Source: Octopus vulgaris (lineage: Eukaryota). From it: DNA of 124,000 nt. Where the stretch lies: positions 102,196,001 through 102,320,000 of the forward strand of contig OX597821.1 in assembly GCA_951406725.2 (NCBI GenBank), in the 5' to 3' direction. Below, piece after piece: positions 86,663 through 124,000 of the stretch. The notes under the pieces were generated by a model. The model was not told the DNA's origin and ran no database searches. It worked only from the letters and a program-made list of their open reading frames with translations. Made by a program: the position numbers and the translations under genes. Within the stretch, counting starts at the first letter, position 1; the number at the start of each line of letters is the position of its first letter.

Positions 86663-88214
86663 TTGTATCAGCACAGGTGCCAGGCATTGCCAGCCTTGCC
86701 TGGCACTTGTGTCGGTGGTACGTAAAAAGCACCCACTACACTTACAGCGTGGTTGGCATTAGGAAGGGCATCCAGCTGTAGAAACACTGCCAGATCAGAC
86801 TGGAGCCTGGTGCAGCCTTCTGGCTTCCCAGATCCCCAGTCGAACCGTCCAACCCATGCTAGCATAGAGAACGGATGTTAAACGATGATGATGATATATA
86901 TATATATATATATATGTATGTATATATATACTCCATTTGTTTATCATTTGGCAGTTAAGATTTGCCATTATCCCTGCATTATATGTTGATCTCTAGTTTT
87001 TTGAGGTGAGCTTTCAGGGTTAAAGATTCCCTTTGTATGTCAAAATTTTAATTTTAGAAGGATTTTAAAATTTAGCAATAGCTCCATTTCTACATCAACC
87101 AGATAGTCAAGTGTCCTTAAACATTGCTTATTACAATGTGCTTCCATTCTTCTCTTGATTGAAGTGTTCTGAGTTCAAATCGCACCAATGACAGCTCTTT
87201 CCTTTATCTTTGTAGGAGTCAATAAAATAAAATCAACACAAGGTAGTGGACTGGCAGAAGTATCAGAGCATTGGATTGGATGCCCTCTGGTATTTGTTCC
87301 TCTTCTATGTATCCTGAGTTCAAATCTCACTAAGGTCTTCATGGGTGGTAGAGTTAATCTGTTGCCCAGTTTTATATCACCACCTGCCAACCTTGGGTGC
87401 CTTTAGCAGGGACCATTCTATTGCATTTGGACCAGGCTTCTATTTTGTGGACACCTCCCTCTCAGTAGTATAGCTGAGGGGTGGGGTGTTCAGGTGGGGA
87501 TGGTCTATCCTGGGCAATGCTTTTATGGAGGTGGCGTGTTTCTGCTGCATAAGTCTAACTAAAACTGATGTTTATTCTACTGGACTCTTTTGCTGAGCTG
87601 CTAGGTTACTGGGTGTAAACACACCAACACTGGTTGTCAAGTTATGGTGGAAGACAAGCACACATGTACACACACACACAAACGCATGTCTGCTGAGATG
87701 ATTTGAAAACACAACACCTAATAACTTAATGGTATATATTTTTTACTCTTCTGATGAGATTTTGCCTAATACAATGATTTAATTATTGTAATTTAATCTT
87801 TAGGCTAAATCGAAACAGCTGTAAGAGAATATGTTGGATTTTTTGCACTTAATAAATCATATTTATGCTACATCTCCATTCTTTAAATCTTACTTATATA
87901 TATATATATTGGCCTGCTCACTTAGCCAGCGGGGTGGCATCCTTTGAAGGCTAAAACAATGAGAAGCGCATTGTGACCAACGATGTGTAGCAACATCTGA
88001 TAGCCTGGTCGGTCATGGTGATCACGGTGATATATATATATATATGATGGGCTTCTTTCAGTTTCTGTTTATCAAATCCACTCACAAGGCTAACTAGGCT
88101 TATACCCACCCACCACCTGGGGGACAAGTGCTGCAAACTCAAGGGCTGTCCCAAGCAACACATACGCACACACACACTCACACACACATACACTAGTTAC
88201 ATCACACCTCCTTC

Positions 88215-88435
88215 CCACCAATTTTGGAATTCCTGTAAACAGTATCTTCATCCAAATGTTGTGTTTCAATGAATAAAGAAGTCTTTCAACGATCGTAGCC
88301 TATTTTCTCAAACTGTCAAACTTTGGAACTGTCTTCCTCAAGTCTACAGTAAATTCCTTCCTTTTATCTTAATTTCTTCTTCTTCATAATACTTTACACT
88401 AAGTGGCTTTTCACCTTGTTTGAGACTTTCAATTA
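88215..88435 (+). mobile_element. L2/Crack LINE 3' fragment
   Basis: FSQTVKLWNCLP motif. Confidence 0.5.
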
Positions 88436-88898
88436 AAAAGAAAAAGGAAGAAAGAAAGAAAAAGAGGTTATGATTGTTGTCTTCTCTCCTGATTAAAAGA
88501 TGAAGAAAGTAAAAACAAACAAAGAAAACTGTTTATTTTACCAATTATATCGTTTGTTCTTCACCTATTTTACCTGCCTGGTTATAAGCCTTTTCACAAT
88601 TTTAGAATTGAATGACTTTGACAAAGATTATTTTCTTTATTCAAAGATATTTGTTTACAGCTTCTGTATCATTGTCATTGTTGTAGCTGAGTTCCAGTTG
88701 TCAACTTTGATTGAACAGAGCTATGATCAAAGCACAGAATGTAGCATTTAATCCCTTCTTTGTTACAAGGTATAATGCTGTCACTAGAACTACCACATGT
88801 ACTTGTGTATAAGTCATATCTCCTCATTTACTTTTAAATCTTGATTCAAAATTTTCTCCCTTCATAGTTTTAGCTTTGCTCCATATATAAGTTACACA

Positions 88899-89168
88899 CT
88901 ATTTTTTCCAGTTAAGCCGAAACATAAAATAGCGTGGTTTATACATGAGTAAATATTTTACATCATCCTGGCAAATTGTTCTTCTCTTTTTAAAACTGTG
89001 GTGTGCTGCTTGAGAGGTAAATATACCTGCTGTTTCTAGTTGGTCAAGAAACCATGTTGATGAACCCCTTGCTTCCTCTTTGGATTGTTTACACATGTTT
89101 TGAATGCCACAAGCAGTGTTCAGTGAACACTTATTTGTATTGGCCAGCTCAGTTTCATAGACATTCAT
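88899..89168 (-). CDS. Candidate 89-aa ORF of unknown function, divergent from NSUN7
   Basis: Non-repetitive ATG-to-stop ORF in unique-looking sequence with an AT-rich downstream region; weak RxTIxxxDV histone-fold-like motif; no family confidently recognised. Confidence 0.3.
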   Translation of the reverse strand: MNVYETELANTNKCSLNTACGIQNMCKQSKEEARGSSTWFLDQLETAGIFTSQAAHHSFKKRRTICQDDVKYLLMYKPRYFMFRLNWKK

Positions 89169-91218
89169 TTACATAGCAACAGGAGACAACCAACAGGCAA
89201 AGACACTTAGAAACCAATTGTGTTTTTTGATTTTTGTAAATTAAAACTATTAAATGCTTTAATAACCAGGACAAATAATACAGACAGTGGGAGATTTATG
89301 TAGATAATAGGAAATTTGTAGGGATGATGACCACATGTACCAACAATGTGTGGTTCCAGCTGTGTTCACAACAATCTATGGCTCCAGTTTCAATTTCAGG
89401 GTAGGGTAATTTGGAAGACTATCTTCCATCATAGCCATGAGATCATTAATACTGTGTAAGTGGAATTTAGTTGATGAAAACTGTATGGAAGCCTGTCATA
89501 TGTGTGTATGTGTGTGTGTGTGTATATCTTTCATCTTTTGGCTTTTACTTGTTTCAGTCATTACACTGTGGCCATGCTGGGGCACCACCTTGAAGAATTT
89601 TAGTTAATCGAATCAACCCCAGTACTTGGTTTTTTAAAGCCTGGTACTTATTCACTCAGTGCCTTTTGCTGAACTGCTAAACATACAAACACTGGTTGTC
89701 ATAGCGTTTATGGGGAGACAAATACACACACACACACACAAAGTTGACTATAACTTCCAGAAATAGGCTTCTCAAGCTATGACTCTTTGATAAGCCCTCC
89801 TTGACAAAACTTAGAAGTCACAGTCAAAGTTTAAGAAATAAATAAATATTTGATCCTACTTCATGTATTGAGTTCTTTCTCCAGTTAATGATGTTCTAAG
89901 TCATTTAGAAAACACTACTACTACTACTACAACGTGTGTATTTAGGCATATAGTGTACTATGTTATCTGCATGTCTAGTTGAGTTATCTAACTTTACTCT
90001 AATGTTTATTTTACATTTCGTATGTAGGGGAAAGGATAGAGTATATACCAGACAAAAGCAAGGTTGATACAGCCAATTGAAAATCTTGAGGACAGACAAT
90101 TGTGCTCCAGTCTGGTCACAATCAAATAAATGATAGAAATAAAAGAAGGATAGGAAATTCACGTAGACATTAAGGAATAGAGATAAAGAAATGATCAAAG
90201 CTCCCAGTGTGAGGTTGAATAATAATTCACATTTCCTGTTTAACTCCTTGCTGATATCTACCTAGCAATCTAATCAATTTTGTTTGTAACTTAATAAATA
90301 CAACAGTCTTTGTAAGGCAAAGTGGGTTATTGATGTGTGATGTAACACATATGCTCATGAACATCGACCAACAGTGGGAGTGGATAGGCTCTATGTCAAG
90401 AGTGGGGTCACTTCGTCCCCCAGGTGAATTGAAATTTGAAGCCAGACTGCTAATGAAGTTCTCTAGAGACTCATATAGAAAACTGAAGACCAAAGCAATA
90501 TGTTGATATAAATTAGATACCTAGGAATCTCACTGCATTAGTACAAAGATCAAACTCCGGCTGCTATTGAGCATCGTCTTCTCTAACCGTCTTTATAGCT
90601 GTGAGTCATGGCCTCTCTGACACTAGAGAGGAAATTGAACATCTGGCAAAGATGTTTGCATGAGATACACCACATTTCATACAGAGACTGTGTCACTAAC
90701 CTGAAGTAACAAGACCTGGATTTTCATGTAAGCTTAGTCAGTTGGTGGCCAGCAAGAGCATGAACTATCCGAGGATGGATCCTTCCACCTTCCATGCTAG
90801 TGTACCCAGTGGTGTTTGCAGAGTCCCAGGAAGAAAGGGCATCCAAAGAAGAAATGGCTGGCAGTAGTAAAAAAAAGAAAAGATGTTGTAAGTGATGGCA
90901 AGAGTTGGGATGAAACTTGGGACCTGGCACTTGACAGAAATGCCCAGAAGGCTCTGCTTGCCCAATGTTTGGTGCATATAAAAAATGATGAAATGAATGC
91001 AAATTTTCTAAAAAAAATATTTGTTAGCTTAAATGCAGTGCTCCAGCATGGCCACAGTCAAATGACTGAAACAAGTAGAAGAGTAAAAGAGGGTGAATTG
91101 TACTAAGAAATAAAAGTAAGGAAAATGTGCAGAAATTTAATGTTGGAAAAAAAATATACATATATATTTTCCAACATAAAATTTCTATGCATTTTCATTT
91201 TTTTTTTACTACATACAT

Positions 91219-91289
<71 letters not shown>

Positions 91290-92663
91290 AATACATATAT
91301 TGCCTGGCATTTTGTCATTTATGATGACGAGTGTTCCAATATTTTTGATCAACAGAGCAGCCAGCTGCTCATAGAATTAACATGCAAGTGGCTGAGCACT
91401 CCACAGACACATGTACCCTTAACTTAGTTCTCAGGGAGATTCAGAATGGGACAAGGCTGGCCTTTTGAAATGCAGGTACAACTCAATTTTGGTAGCTGAG
91501 TGGACTGCCAATATAGTGTCTTGTCTAAGGATACAACATGTCACCAGGAATTGAACTCATGACCTTACAATTGTGGGCCAAATACCCTAATCATAAAGCC
91601 ATTTAAATGTACTGCTTAATGTTCGGTTATTTGATAATCAGTGTGAAAACTGATGGCTAAGATCTGTTGCAATGGATCTCTAATACTGCATACTTTGATG
91701 TATATACATATATTCACACACACACATACATGTACACAGGTGTATGCATAATTATATATATGCGTGTGTGTGTGTGTGTGTGTGTGTGTACATATGTTTT
91801 CACACATTTCCACTATTTACTTCTTTGTTTCTCTTCCTCTTGAAATCCCTTTTTTCCCTTTCAGTGACAAGTGTATGTTTGTCTATCACTTTACTTATGT
91901 TGTAGTTGTTATTATCATTATCATTAACATCATTATCATAATCATTATTATTAATATGTTTTGTTTCTTTCATTTCTTGTTCCTTTCTTTCTTTGTTATT
92001 TTTTTTTTTATTTCATTTCTATCTTTTTCTCTCTTTTTTTAATTTTTCCTTTTTTTTTTTTTAATGACTGATTAGAAAATATTGAGACAGCTTTAAACTC
92101 TGCTATACTCAGACCAAAGGTTTCATTGTAACCAAGGATATAATTACACACACACACACACACACGTGCATACACACGACATACATATAGTTTCATACAC
92201 ATATACATACTTACATATACACACACACATACATATAAATGTATATATATATATATATATATACACACATAGAACACACACACATACATACATATAAATA
92301 TATATATATATATACAAAGAACCCAGACTTTTATACACACATATACACACACACACATATACACATATACATACACTCATATACACAAACACATGCACAT
92401 GCACACACTCAGACAGACAGACAGACAAGCATATATTCCCAACGGATTGTTTGTTGTTCTGTTTGTACAAGAGCAATCAATTGATCGTATAAAGAATATA
92501 GTTAGTATGATGTTTAACAACAGTTACTCAAAATCTGTTTCAGTCCCTTCCAGTAACAACAACAACAACAACAACAACAACTGCAACGACAACATACAAA
92601 GAAACAAACAAACACATCAGAAATAGAGGTTAGTGCTTGCTGCTGCATCTCGTCGAATAGTTT

Positions 92664-124000
<31,337 letters not shown>

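Noticed and set aside
90227-90493. 88-aa minus-strand ORF upstream of the candidate 89-aa ORF
   Set aside because: No convincing splice link or motif; both strands give short open frames, so it is probably decayed repeat.

Overview
AT-rich, microsatellite- and SINE-dense animal genomic DNA. The repeat families look like a coleoid cephalopod (Octopus-like); that assignment is inference. Three protein-coding genes could be spliced by hand with consistent reading phase: (1) an orphan two-exon gene (+, 18001-20770) encoding a 218-aa Ser/Pro/Lys-rich protein with a single C-terminal transmembrane helix; (2) GEMIN4 (-, 53154 to 29258, 15 coding exons, about 1114 aa; only the exon-1 donor is uncertain); (3) NSUN7 (+, from 92664, 10 exons, still open at the window end), whose motif VI catalytic Cys is replaced by Arg. 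There is one canonical tRNA-Ala(TGC) gene (-, 62816-62887) beside a CpG-rich, promoter-like region with no assigned gene, and one candidate 89-aa ORF divergent from NSUN7. The rest is repeats: at least four SINE-type families; RTE, CR1/L2, CRE and Penelope-like retroelement remnants; a Gypsy remnant; two solo LTRs with target-site duplications; mariner, DD37D and hAT remnants; Helitron-like elements; and many foldback inverted repeats. I found no obvious multi-gene novel system. The best leads are the minimal hammerhead-ribozyme-like motifs (three copies share an unusual CUGU-N-GA core), the long intronic hairpins in NSUN7 and GEMIN4, the NSUN7 pseudoenzyme signature, the orphan tail-anchored gene, and a dispersed AAGGGAGATAA motif. 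All homology calls come from remembered family motifs, not database searches.
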